A stretch of DNA of 63,402 nucleotides, filler included, from Chiloscyllium plagiosum (lineage: Eukaryota): the NCBI RefSeq assembly GCF_004010195.1. It is 4 parts of one record of this genome, joined end to end, with 100 filler letters (N's around TTAATTAATTAA, not from the genome) between each part and the next. Parts side by side here need not be neighbours in the genome. Positions count along the whole stretch, not along the records: positions 1 to 28,665 come from NC_057717.1; positions 28,766 to 51,334 come from NC_057717.1; 2 more parts are not named here. One strand, 5' to 3'. Shown here piece after piece: positions 24,964-36,914 of this stretch. The translations under genes and the position numbers were made by a program. The notes below the pieces were generated by a model that was not told the origin of the DNA, did no database searches, and saw only the letters and a list, made by a program, of their open reading frames with translations. Numbering within the stretch: position 1 is the stretch's first letter; each line of letters begins with the position of its first letter.

Positions 24964-27900
24964 CTCCTTATCCTTTGATGCTGCCTGAACTGCTCCGCTT
25001 TTCAGCAACACATTTTTAAGCTCTGATCCCCAGCATCTGCAGTCCTCACTTTCTCAAAGTTAAACATCACACAACACCAGATTCGATTCCGACAAGTTCT
25101 GTTAAAAGTATCAAATTTCGGAGCGCAGCTCGTTCGTTAGTTAATGAGTGGAGCGGGACACAGACTTGTCAGGAAACTGATGTGATGTATTGTAGACTTA
25201 ACAGCAACCTATACATGGCATCAGTTCTTTAACACTTCGATCTTTTGCTATGAATTATGTGTCCGATTATTCTGTCTCACTTCCTGCCTGAAGAAGCAGC
25301 GTTCCGATATTTCTACTTTTATATCAACCAGTTCGTCTATAACCATGTATTGTGTGATTTTTAGTTGTTCAGCGGTTTATATGAGAGCTCATCAGCATTC
25401 CCCATTAGCAGTAGTTGCTTGACAATGACATGCGCACTGATGACAACTGCACATTCTACGCCAGGTCTGCTCAGCTAATGAGCCCATTATGCCCTCAGTT
25501 CAATCATATAAAAAAGAGTTGTCGTCTTCAGGTGGGGTGAGAGTGACAGCCTTTGATTTCAAGGCGTCATTTTAACCAGAATATTATCAAGGAGCCTATC
25601 AATACTGGAAACAAAGAGTCTTCGAGGTAAGCTGTCATCTGTTGGAGGGCTCCTGGCACTGACGAAGATGGTCGTGGTTGTTGGAGGTCAGTAATCTTAT
25701 ATTGTAATCATCTCTCCAGGAGTATATCAGGGCAATGTCCGAGGCTGAGGCATCTTGAGCTGCTTCATCGATAAGAGAGGGTAACTGAACGAAGGTATAA
25801 AATAGCGGTGGAAAGTATCATATGTGACGATATAAAGTATTAATATACTGAATGGGGGAAGAAAAATCATGATCAATGAAAGTTAGATTGAATCAGATAA
25901 TTAGAAAACAGGGAAGTGAACCAGGGAATCAAACTGGAAAAGAGATTAGATTAGATTGGAACAATATCAAAATAAAGCGAAAAGAAACAAATGAACATTT
26001 TGCAAATTGTCTATATTTTGAAACAGACGGTGAAACTTCAAATTTGACTCAACTGCATATTTAATTTCAGGTTAAGGAAATGGAACAGTATCAACTGCTG
26101 GTGTCATGTACAGTTTGAAAATTTTGCTCAGCCTCACTGAGTATGAATACATTTTTAACGATTACTGACAGTCGGGGAAAGTTGAGTATACCGATACAGA
26201 GAGAGCAAAGAAGAGAGTGAATAAGAATGTTGACTTTTCTGAAGGTTCAGTGAAATTGCAACTCGAAGCAGGCCATAAACTGTCACTGCAAAGGATCATC
26301 ATCAGTCCTAAAGCGTTTTTATCTTCCTGCCACTAACTTAATCAGTGCCCTTTCATCATTTCATGACTATACAGTTCAGTTTTCATTTCATCGATTTTGA
26401 TAAAGTGCAAGTGGCCAATTCGTGCGAGCTCTATATATTACACACTGACAGCAATCGTCCCAGGACAAAAGACGGCGCCAGAATTGGAACTGGGTAAAGG
26501 ATGAGGAGGTTTGGAGGATAGATGGTAGTGCAGAAATCGTCGATCATTACTTGGCACAGGTCTGATGAACTTTCTATAAGATAGATCTTTTTTCTTTATT
26601 CGTAAAAGTGTTCGGAATAATGTTACATAGTGATAAAAACATAAAAGTGTTTCATTGCTTGTTACACTGTTTCCGTTTTTCTCATTGCACGAGAAGCGTC
26701 AATTGATTAATGTATTCAATCATATTGTTATATACGTAATTCAATATTTGATCTATTGCTGACCATTCCATATTAATTCTCTCTAGTTTGAACTTCGCCA
26801 CAAAAGAAATTGTTCTGCACCTAGTCTGTCAAATCATCTGAATAAAGACGTCGTCCTTTCAACAAAAGTTAAAGTCAAACTGTTAATTATTAAGTCTGCT
26901 CATAATTATTGTGTTAATCATCGATATTCAATGATATAAGCTTTGATCCTGGTCAACTAATTGTGTCTGAGATTGGGAATTGTTTTGATCAGTCAGGCAG
27001 TTGTAACTATTTGGAATTCTGCAGCACAGAAGTCGGTGGAATCGTTCTTATTCTGTTTCCTGAAATATGATGCAGGTTTCGTCGTGACAATGCGCCTCAG
27101 GGTTATGAATGTTTGTTGATAAACGGTATGGAACGGTTTGATAGGCTGCATCCTATTAAATGGTACGGCAGATCAGAGGGTCTGAATACCCTGTCCCATT
27201 TCCTATATTCCCATTTTTCTAGGTTTCAAGACAGAGAAATGTCTTCTTTCTGGCATTGTTCATGAAAAGCAGGCTTACGACTACACGTATTCCCCACGTG
27301 TGATGATGCTCATTTAGCTTGTTTATATTGTCCTTTTTTCGTGAGGGCATAAAAATGCAGGTTCAAAAAAGTCTAGTTTGGATAGGTTTTTGGGCTAATA
27401 TTATTATAGCTTACACATACCGTCTCAGGCAAGAGACTTTCATGTTTGAAAAGCAAACACACTTGTACAATGAAAGGGGAATGACTCGTTCTCCCAGCTC
27501 TATAGTAATGGTTGCTAGCTGAAAATGTGTTGCTGGAAAAGCGCAGCAGGTCAGGCAGCATCCAAGGAACAGGACAATCGACGTTTCGGGCATAAGCCCT
27601 TCGTCAGGAATGGTTGCTATCCAAGCAATTCCAAATTGGAGTTGGCCGAATGGTAAAATCAACTGACTTGCCAACGAGAACCCCATGATAATGTCTTCAA
27701 GTCTTGCCGTGGCAGATATTTAAGTTGGAATTCAAAAGGAAAATTGGCCCGATTGCCCAAATCACATCTCATTGTCGATTACCGTATCGAGAAGGAAGGT
27801 GAAAGTGGGTATTGCAGATGCTGGAGGTTAAAGTCAAGTTTAGAGTTGTGCTGGAACAGCACAGCAAGTCAAACAGCACCAGAGGAGCAAGAAAATCGAT

Positions 27901-28294
27901 GTTTCAGGCAATGACCTGAGTCCTCATGAAGTGCTTTTGCCCGAAACGTCGATTTCCTTGCTCCTTGCATAGAGAAGGAAGCCTCCTACCTTACTCCACA
28001 CAAAATGCGATAGTAACTGTTCCCGGGATGTGATATCATCATCTATACTTTCTCGCCAAGATACTGTTGCCAAACCCTTGAGTGCATGAATGAAGAATGA
28101 TGCAGTAGAAACTTGGAATGCTTCATGTTTCTGAACAAATGCGTGATCGAACACAAGCTCATTTTTGTCACTATTCATCAAAAAAAGGCAAAGTCGGCTT
28201 TGAACGCTTAATGCCGACCTGTAGATTAGTGAACTCAGGGAAAACAAATCCAGAAATAGTGACGGCAGTTGTGCCGGCAGCGAAAGGTTTGTAA

Positions 28295-28665
28295 TCATAA
28301 TGTACAGGATGATTCAAGAGAAGAGTGAAAGTAAATGGGTGGTTGTTATGGGGGACTTTAACTTTCCTGATATTAATTGGGAAAGCTATAGCTCAAGTTC
28401 GTTAGATGGATCAATGTTTGTCCAATGTGTGCAGGAGGGTTTCCTGACACAATATGTAGATAGGCCAACAAGAGGTGAGGCCATACTGGATTTGGTTCTG
28501 GGTAATGTACCAGGCCAGGTGTTAGAATTAGAGGTAGGTGAGCACTTTAGACACAGTGACCACAATTCGGTGACTTTTACTCTAGTGATGGAGAGGGATA
28601 AGTGTGCACTACAGGGCAAGAGTTATAGCTGGGGGCAGGGAAATTATGATGCGGTGAGGCACAAC
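28295..28665 (+). mobile_element. Young CR1 endonuclease fragment ending at a gap
   Basis: VVMGDFNFPDINWE...PTRGEAILDLVLGN...SDHNSV. Confidence 0.95.
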
Positions 28666-28765
28666 NNNNNNNNNNNNNNNNNNNNNNNNNNNNNNNNNNN
28701 NNNNNNNNNTTAATTAATTAANNNNNNNNNNNNNNNNNNNNNNNNNNNNNNNNNNNNNNNNNNNN
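28666..28765. other. Artificial 100-bp scaffold spacer N44-TTAATTAATTAA-N44 (also 51335-51434 and 58970-59069); other N gaps at 7734-8382, 36286-36366, 42113-42612, 55030-55529
   Basis: Identical 12-mer with stop codons in all six frames, centred in identical N runs. Confidence 0.95.
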
Positions 28766-29850
28766 GGGAGCGGTGGTGGAGGAGGCCCAGCACCTCCATG
28801 TCCTCGGCAGAGTGGGAGGGGGAGTTGAAATGTTGAGCCACTGGGCGATGTGGTTGATTGGTGCGGGTGTCTCGGAGATGTTCCCTAAAGCGCTCTGCTA
28901 GGAGGCGTCCAGTCTCCCCAATGTAGAGGAGACCGCATCGGGAGCAACGGATACAATAAATGATATTGGTGGATGTGCAGGTAAAACTTTGATGGATGTG
29001 GAAGGCTCCTTTCGGGCCTTGGATGGAGGTGAGGGAGGAGGTGTGGGCGCAGGTTTTGCAATTCTTGCGGTGTCAGGGGAAGGTGCCAGGACGGGAGTGT
29101 GGGTTGTGGGGGAGCAGGTAGTCACGGTCTGACCAGGTAGTCACGGAGGGAACGGTCTTTGGGGTAGGCGGAACGGGGTGGGGAGGGAAATATATCTCTG
29201 GTGGTGGGGCCTGTTTGGAGGTGGCAGAAATGTGGGCGGATGATTTGGTTTATGTGAAGGTTGAAAATGTGTTGCTGGAAAAGCACAGCAGGTCAGGCAG
29301 CATCCAAGGAGCAGGAGAATCGACCTTTCGGGCATGAGCCCTTCAGGGATGAGGAAAGTGTACCCAGCAGGCTAAGATAAAAAGTAGGGAGGAGGGACTT
29401 GGGGGAGGGGCGTTGGAAATGCGATAAATGGAAGGAGGTTATGGTGAGGGTGATAGGCCGGAGTGGGGGCGGGGGTGGGGGCAGAGAGGTCAGGAAGAAG
29501 ATTGCAGGTTAGGAAGGTGGTGCTGATTTCGAGGGTTGGGACTGAGACAAGGTGGTGGGAGGGCAAATGAGAAAACTGGAGAAATCTGAGTTCATCCCTT
29601 GTGGTTGGAGGGTTCCTAGGCGGTCCCTTGTGGTTCCAGCAACACATTTTCAGCTCTGATCTCCAGCATCGGCAGTCCTCACTTTCTCCTCCTTTATATG
29701 AAGGTTGGTAGGGTGGAAGGTGAGCACCAGGGGCGTTCTGTCCTTGTTACGTTTGGAGGGGTGGGGTCTGAGGACGGAGGTGCAGGATGTGGATGAGATG
29801 CATTGGAGGGCATCTTTAACCACGTAGGAAGGGAAATTGTGGTCTCGAAA
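28766..29850 (-). mobile_element. Penelope-like element family A, RT C-terminus and GIY-YIG endonuclease, with nested same-family insert at 29264-29692
   Basis: Minus strand IIYCIRCSRCGLLYIGETGRLLAERFREHL (GIY-YIG) and DRTPLVLTFHPTNL. Duplication TTTAT(G/A)TGAAGGTTG at 29249-63 and 29693-707. Confidence 0.9.
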
Positions 29851-29869
29851 GAAAGAGGCCTGCGCCATC

Positions 29870-30230
29870 CAAATTCTCTATTTAAACCTGTCACTTTTTT
29901 TCCCAAGCGTCTGTGTCCCTCTGCTCCATGCCCATTCATGTATTTGTCTCGATATATCAAAATTGATATTACCGTTTCTGTGCCTTCTACCTTCGCTGGC
30001 AACGCATTCCAGGTACCCACTACCCTCCGCATAAAGAACTTTCCATGCATTATTTCCCGAAACATTTAACCAGTCACTTTGAAATCCTGACCCCTAGTAA
30101 TTGAGTTCGCCACGCTGAGAAAATGCTTCTTGTTATCCACCCTTTCCCTCCTTTTCCTGATTGTGTTGACCTGAATCAGTTATTCCCTCGACGTTCGGCT
30201 TTCTAGTGAAAACAATCCTAAGCTCGCACA
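29870..30230 (-). mobile_element. CR1 LINE 3' end
   Basis: GKFFMRRVVGTWNALPAKV. Confidence 0.85.
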
Positions 30231-30234
30231 CGCT

Positions 30235-33200
30235 TTGGAACGAGAGAGACTCACGATTGGCGCGTTGCCTCCCAGGTGCCATGGTTTGTGATGTCTCTGA
30301 TCGTGTTTTCGAGATTCTTGAGGGTAACGGCGAGAATCCCCAAGTCTTAGCCCACATAAGCACCAACGACAGAGGGAGGGAGGAAGGTTGGAATCAATGA
30401 GAGAAGTTCAGGGATCCAGGATGGAAACTTGGAGTTGGAACAAACAGAGCTTTTGTCTCTGACTTGTTGCCTGTGCGACGTGCTCATGAAGTGAGGAAGA
30501 TGGAGAGATTGGAGCTGAACACGTGGCTGCAGAGATGGTACGGTGGGGTTGGATTCTTGGATAATTGGAGGTCTTTCTGGGGAAGATGGGACCTTTACAA
30601 ATAAGATTGTTTTCATCTGAACTGGAGATATACCAATATGCTGTGTGGGAATTTTGCTAACACTCTTAGGGGGTTGTGGGGCGTTAAAACTAATACAGCA
30701 GTGGGATGGTCACCTGAATTGTGGTTCCAGTGTGCAGGAGGTTCAAGGTGGTGCGGTTAGGGTGACGTTTACAAAGTCGCGAGAGGGCACCAGCAATCAG
30801 GATTTTGGTTTGACGTATGCGTACATCAGTGCAAGGAGCATCAGGAATAAAGTGGGTGAACGTGCAGCATGTGTTGGTACCTGGGATTTTGATATTGTGG
30901 CCATTTCAGAGACATGGTTAGAAGAGGGACAGGATTGTTTGTTACAGATCCCAGGCTTATGATGTAGCAAGTTTGTTGCAGATTCCAGGATTTAACAAGT
31001 ACAGAGAAGATGGTAATAGAGTGATGCGTGGGAGGCAGCAGGTATGTGACCTTGCTAATCAAGGGTAGTATTACAGCAGCTGAGAGAACGTTTGAGGACT
31101 AACGCACTGAGGTAATTTGGGCTGTGGTTACAAACAGGAAAGGATAGGTCACACTGTTGGGAGTTTTCCTTCGGGCTCCAAATTGTTCCAGGGATGTCGA
31201 GGAATGCAATCGTTCAAATTGCTTGGATGTGTCAACGTTATAAAATCTGCGCAGGAGGGTTTTCTGACACAGTATGTGACAGACCAACAAGAGGAAATGC
31301 CATATTAGAATTGGCACTGCGGAATGGACCCGGACAGGTGTTCGATTTGGAGTTGTGTCAGCATTTTAGCAATAGTGACCACAATTAGATTATGTTTACA
31401 ATAGCAATGGGCAGGAGCAGGTGTACACGGCAGGGAAAGAGGTATGACTGTGGGAAAGGCAATGATGATATCACTAGGCAAGACTTAGGATACATAGGAT
31501 GAGGAATAAAATTGCAGGGGATGGATACACTTTTTGAAAGCTGGAGCTACATTCAAGGAACACCTACAGCGTATCCTTGATATGTGTACACCTATCAGGC
31601 ATTTAGGCAGATTTTGATAGGGAGACATGAGTTATGAAAGAAGTTGAAGTTCTTGTCAAGAGGAAGAAGAAGGCTTATGCGCGGATGAGACGTAAAGGCT
31701 CAGTTTGGGGTCTTGAGAGTTATTAGTTAGCCATAAAGTATCTTACACGAGGACTAGAAGGGGCATGACAAGTTGTTGGTGGATCAGATCAAGGAAAATA
31801 TTGATAAGGGCAACGTTAGTGACAATATGGGGATAGAGTCTCCAAGGTTAGACGCGATAGCGGTTGAAAAATAGGAGATTTCAGCAATTTTGGAAATTTT
31901 GAAAATTGATAAGACCGCTAGGCCGGGAGGGATTTATCATCGAATTCTCTGGGAAGCCAAGGAGGAGATGGCAAAGGCTTTGGATTTGATCCTTATGTCA
32001 TCATTGTCGAAAAGCAGTAACAGAAGACTGGAGGATATCAAAAGTTGTTACCTTGTTTAATAACGGGAATTGGAATATGTCTGGTAACTACAGATCAGTG
32101 AGCCTTAATTCGGTTGTGGGTTAGGTGTTGGAAAAGGATATCAGATGTAAGATTTATTGTCATCTGGGAAGGATTAATTTGATTAGGGCGAGTCAACACG
32201 GTTTTGTGAACAGTAGGTAGTGCGTCACTAATCTGATTGATTTCTTCGAAAAGGTGATGAAACAGATGGATGAAAGTACAGCGGTTGATGCGTGTATGTG
32301 GACATTAGTAAGGAGTTTAACAAGGTTCCTGTGTAGGCGATTTCACAAAGCATGTAGTTTTGGGATTGAAGGAGATTTAGCGATTTGGGTAAGAAATTGC
32401 ATAGCTGAAGGAAGACAGAGTGTCGTGGGAGGTGGGAAATGTTCATCCTAGAGCTCAGTTACTAGTGGTTTGCCGCAAGAATCTGTTTTATTTGTCATTT
32501 TTGTAAATCATCTGGCAGTGGGCGTAGAAGGATGAGTTAATAAATTTACTGATGACACGAATGTAGGCAGCGTTTTGAATAGTGCTGATGGATGTTGTGG
32601 GTTACAGAGGCACATAAGATCCAGAGGTCGACTGAGAAGAGGCAAATGAAGGTAATACGGAAACGTGTGAGATAAATCACTTTGGAAGAATCAGCAGGAA
32701 TGCAGAGTACTGGGTTATTGGAAAAATAGTTGGCAGTATGGATGAACAGATAGTGCATAAATCCCTGAAAGTTGCCACCGAGGTTGATAGGGTTGTTAAG
32801 GCGGCATATGGTGTGTTGGCGTTTATTTGGAGGGGGATTGACTTTCGGAGCCACAAGGTCATGCTTCAGCTCTACATGACACCTGGACTATTGCATAAAG
32901 TTCTGCTCACCACATTATCGGAAGAATGTTGACGTTTAATGAAAGGTTCAGAGTAGATTTGCGAGGATATTTCCTGATATGGAAGGAAGGTGTTAATGGA
33001 AAGCTGCATCGTTGGACAGAAGAAGGTTGAGAGATGAATTAATCGAGACATATAAGGTAATCGCAGGGTTACATAGGGTTGACAGTATGAACATTTTCCC
33101 TCAGATTGTGAAGGCTAACACGAGGAGATATAACTTTAAACTGAGGGGTGATAGATTTACGACAGGTATTAAGGGTAGCTTCTTTACGCAGAGAATAATA

Positions 33201-33395
33201 GGGGCGTGAAAAGGCCTGCCAGAAACAGTAGTAGACTTGCCACGTTAAGGGCAACTAAATGGCTATTGGACGTCCATGTGGATAGTAATGGAATGGTATA
33301 GGTTACATGGGCATCAGATCAACTTCACAAGACGGCACACCACCGAAGGCTGAAGGGACTGACCTAAGCTGTAACGTTCTGTGTTCTATGTTCTT
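30235..33395 (+). mobile_element. CR1 LINE, ORF1 esterase through EN and RT to 3' tail, decayed
   Basis: CLPGAMV.DV; SARSIRNKVGE...ISETWL; SQHGF; tail GTTCTGTGTTCTATGTTCT. Confidence 0.9.
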
Positions 33396-33396
33396 T

Positions 33397-34830
33397 GTAA
33401 GATGTTCGGATCACGCTGAGGCAACAAACAGCCTCCAAAGGAAATGAACGGGTAGGTGATGCTGCCAATCGGACAGTCTTACCCCTCAAACTTCTGGTCC
33501 CGTTGGGTTCACAGCAAAAGCTGGTTAGGGACAATATAAAGGAGGGTATGCCGGACCTGGGTAATGTACACAAATCACAGCGGAATTCCCCGGCTGAAGA
33601 TAACGAACTAAGGACTCAATAGTGTGCTCCTTCGATACTCAAAATAGCGGGTGAGCCCTGCCGGATACGTTTGTGCTCCTTCTTGGCTGCTGCCTGTTTT
33701 CCTTGATTATGTGCAATATGGTACACAGTTGCGCAACGGGGGAACAGTTAGTACTCTACTACAAACTTGGTGGCACCCAGACTTTATGAAAGTAGCTGAG
33801 AAAAGATCTGAAGCTTGTTAAAGTTGTTTTAAAAGCGGTGATGTAAGAGGAATGTCCTGCATTTATTAAACCATTTCGTTGACTGGTGCATTTTTTACTG
33901 ATCTCCAACGTGTTTTTGAGAATGAGTTTGTATACGTTTTTTTGAATATTGTCTAATAATAGGTCATGTATTTAGTAGATGAATCAAAACTATCCGAGCG
34001 ACTGATACTGCTGCCACAACAGTGGTGGATAAGAGGGAAATATCTGCATCAGTTCACCAAAACTCTTCAAAGTTTACATTCACAGGTACAAAGAGCCTGA
34101 AAAATCGGACCGGAGCAAATTGGTGCCTCGGTGGAAATGCCCTTGCCTCGTTTTGCCGGTCACCTGCATAGCATTCAAGGCCATCGGGACCGCCAAATGT
34201 CTACATGAGATGCAATGCAAAACAGGGCCACCCACGGAAGGAAACCGGAAGACCATCTCAGAGAAACGTGTTCAGCCTCCGTCCAAGAATGGCTTAGCCT
34301 GATTGGTCTGTCTTTCACTACACACTTCCTTTTCTTTCAATAGCTATGTTTTATTTGGTCACAGTGGATAGCCTGATAATCTTCGCAAATTGGCTTTAAA
34401 ATTTAATGTTTTTCTTTATACACAGAAGTTCAACTACTCTTGCTGCTGCGTCTGCACCTGTATTTCCATCCATACTGAACTCTCAAAAGCGAATCCCTGT
34501 GGAATTTCAGCGATTTGCAAATTTCGTTTTCCCTACCTTTGGAAATGCTCAACTGGAAATTGAAGTAACCCTGCTCGCAATCCCGTGCTTGGTTCAGTTC
34601 ACTGTTGTGACCCACGACTCCAGCAAATTTGCAGATTCTTAGGTTTTCCCTTCCTGATGAAACCCGTGTTGATGATGCTCAGTCTCCGGAACCTTCTGCC
34701 CATTTCCTAACTGAATCCGAGGGCTAACTCTGATCTCCACCCCCACCCCCGACAATCGCCCTGGGTCAGGATATATACTCCCTTTTGCTGACATCTCTAA
34801 ACTGTTATTTATTTTTAAAAATGGAGGGAT
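33397..34830 (+). mobile_element. Class I (epsilon-like) endogenous retrovirus, internal remnant: RNase H end, integrase, deleted env, PPT
   Basis: Across frameshifts: VRCSDH...KGNERVGDAA (RNase H end); LLQTWWHP...AC*SC (decayed IN zinc finger); EYCLIIGHVFSR*IK...TAATTVV (IN core); YLHQFTKTLQSLHSQVQRA and LVPRWKCPCLVLPVTCIAFKAIGTAKCLHEMQCK (IN C-terminus, cf. PRWKGPY.VL); SQKR|IPVEFQRFANFVFPTFGNAQLEIEV (env SU/TM junction-like); PPT AAAAATGGAGGGAT at 34817-34830. Confidence 0.8.
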
Positions 34831-35365
34831 TGTGGAAGCGTATTTGACCAGATTCAACACAAAGTATCTGTGGAAGCCATTTAGTCAAAAGCAATCTTTT
34901 CAGAAAGACGCAAACTGCTAACCCACTAAACTGATGTATTGGATCTGATAGCATGACTTTGCAGCTGCAAAAGAATCACAGTTCCTCTGGCCTTTGCCAC
35001 AATTCTACTTCATAGATGATGTATTGTTTATATAGCTACTTATCTGTTTCTGTCTAGTTAAATCTACATTACGAGGTAATATTCAATCGTAGTGACCTTG
35101 AGAAATGTTAGTCCGTGCAATGCATGTAGGAGCTGTATAAACTGACTGTTTCCCATGCCACTGCCTCTTGGCCTAGTCAATAATGGGCAGTAAGCTTGTG
35201 ATGAACTATATAGGGTGTAACACGCTGTACTTCTTTGGACTACCTCAAATTTATGTGAACGAAGTTGCACTTCCCCATGGCCATGATAAAGAATCCATGA
35301 TTGCTCACATTCTCGACTCCTGACTTTTGTTATAAAAAATGCGGCATGAGATATAGTGCCTAACA
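34831..35365 (+). mobile_element. Putative 3' LTR of the ERV
   Basis: Starts TGTGG directly after the PPT. TATA-like CTATATAG near 35205, GATAAA near 35285, candidate end ...CCTAACA. The right boundary is inferred because no second LTR copy is available for comparison. Confidence 0.55.
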
Positions 35366-36654
35366 AGGAGAAAGAGCTTGCGAGAGGACAAAAAGGACCA
35401 AGCCCGGTGGTGGAGTGCCCAACATCCGTATCCTCACCACGTACCCCCGCCTTGTAGTAAGGATCCTGGCACAAGCTAGAGGATTGTGGGGACAATCCGC
35501 GTGGAATTTCGGACGTAGCCTCATTCCACCAACAATGTAAAGAGCTAGCGAGTTGTCAGTCAAGGTTATATTATTAGCGAAGGGTAATTCTCAATTTAAA
35601 CTTACTGTCAGTGTTGTTTCCCTTTGACAGAACTTAAAAGCCGTGGCCCTGATGCCATCTCCCTTCTGTGTCGACCTGGTGAAAATAGAATCTCTAAGCA
35701 CTCGGTGGGCAGGGGAGTTGGCTCACAACACAGACGCACGCAGATGCAGACATATATAAACACAGAGACACACGTGCAAACATAGACACATAGACTCTCA
35801 CATGCATGCATACAAAGACACATACGAACACAGAATCACACACACACACGCACACATACACACACGGACACCCACACACCATAACAAACACACACACCGA
35901 CGTACTCCTACGCACTACACACAGGCACACACATAAACACACACACACAAACACACAGAAGAGCTTGGCGTGGAGAGGATTGCCGTTGTACTCACGCCCA
36001 CTGAGTGGAACATGTTCATGTGGAGAAAGGTGTGTGCTGCCTCTGCAATGTCGAAATGATGCGTCTTGGGCAGTATTGCTGACACATAGTGTACATATTA
36101 CAGAGCATTCCCATTGCAACTATATTTAAGTTACTCTGAGTGAGCCATTTTGTGTTTAGATAAGATTAACCTTTTTGCATTTTCTGTAAATTGAAATGTT
36201 TAGTGACGTACCCTTACAAAATTCCTACTTGTAAGAATGTATTGAAAAGTTCTAAAATGCACCAGCCGATTGTGGTGTTGGATCANNNNNNNNNNNNNNN
36301 NNNNNNNNNNNNNNNNNNNNNNNNNNNNNNNNNNNNNNNNNNNNNNNNNNNNNNNNNNNNNNNNNNTCTAATCCATCGAATTCAGCACCGCCTTCCTAAC
36401 CTGCAATCTTCTTCCCGACCTCTCCACCCCCACCCCAGTCTGGCCTATCACCCTCACCTTGACCTCTTTCCACCTATCACATTTCCGACGCCCCTCCCCC
36501 AAGTCCCTCCTCCCTACCTTTTATCTTAGCCTGCTGGACAAACTTTCTTCATTCCTGAAGAAGGGTCTATGCCCGAAACGTCGATTCTCCTGTTCCCTGG
36601 ATGCTGCCTGACCTGCTGCGCTTTTCCAGCAACACATTTCCAACACACAAACAT

Positions 36655-36890
36655 AGATGGAGTTAAAGGGTTTAACAGAGGGTTGGAAACAGACCTATCG
36701 GCCCATACAGTCCATGCTGACTATTATCTGAAGATAAGTCTGTCTCATTTGCCTGCTTTTGGCCAATAGTATTCCAAATTTTCTCTTATTCTTGAACTTA
36801 AAAAACGATTTTTTAAGCGTTGTAACTTTACCTGCGTCCAGAACCTCCTCAGGTAATTCATTCCATACATGGACCACATGCTGCATTTAA
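36655..36890 (-). mobile_element. CR1 LINE 3' end
   Basis: MQHVVHVWNELPEEVLDAG. Confidence 0.8.
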
Positions 36891-36914
36891 AAAATGCACC
36901 TGATTCTTCCTGAT

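Noticed and set aside
27214..27317. Acceptor-like TTTTTCTAG followed by a short open frame
   Set aside because: No recognisable protein, no partner exon, and it directly follows a LINE-tail-like sequence.
28710..28721. TTAATTAATTAA palindrome occurring three times
   Set aside because: Always centred in N44/N44; a scaffolding spacer, not biology.
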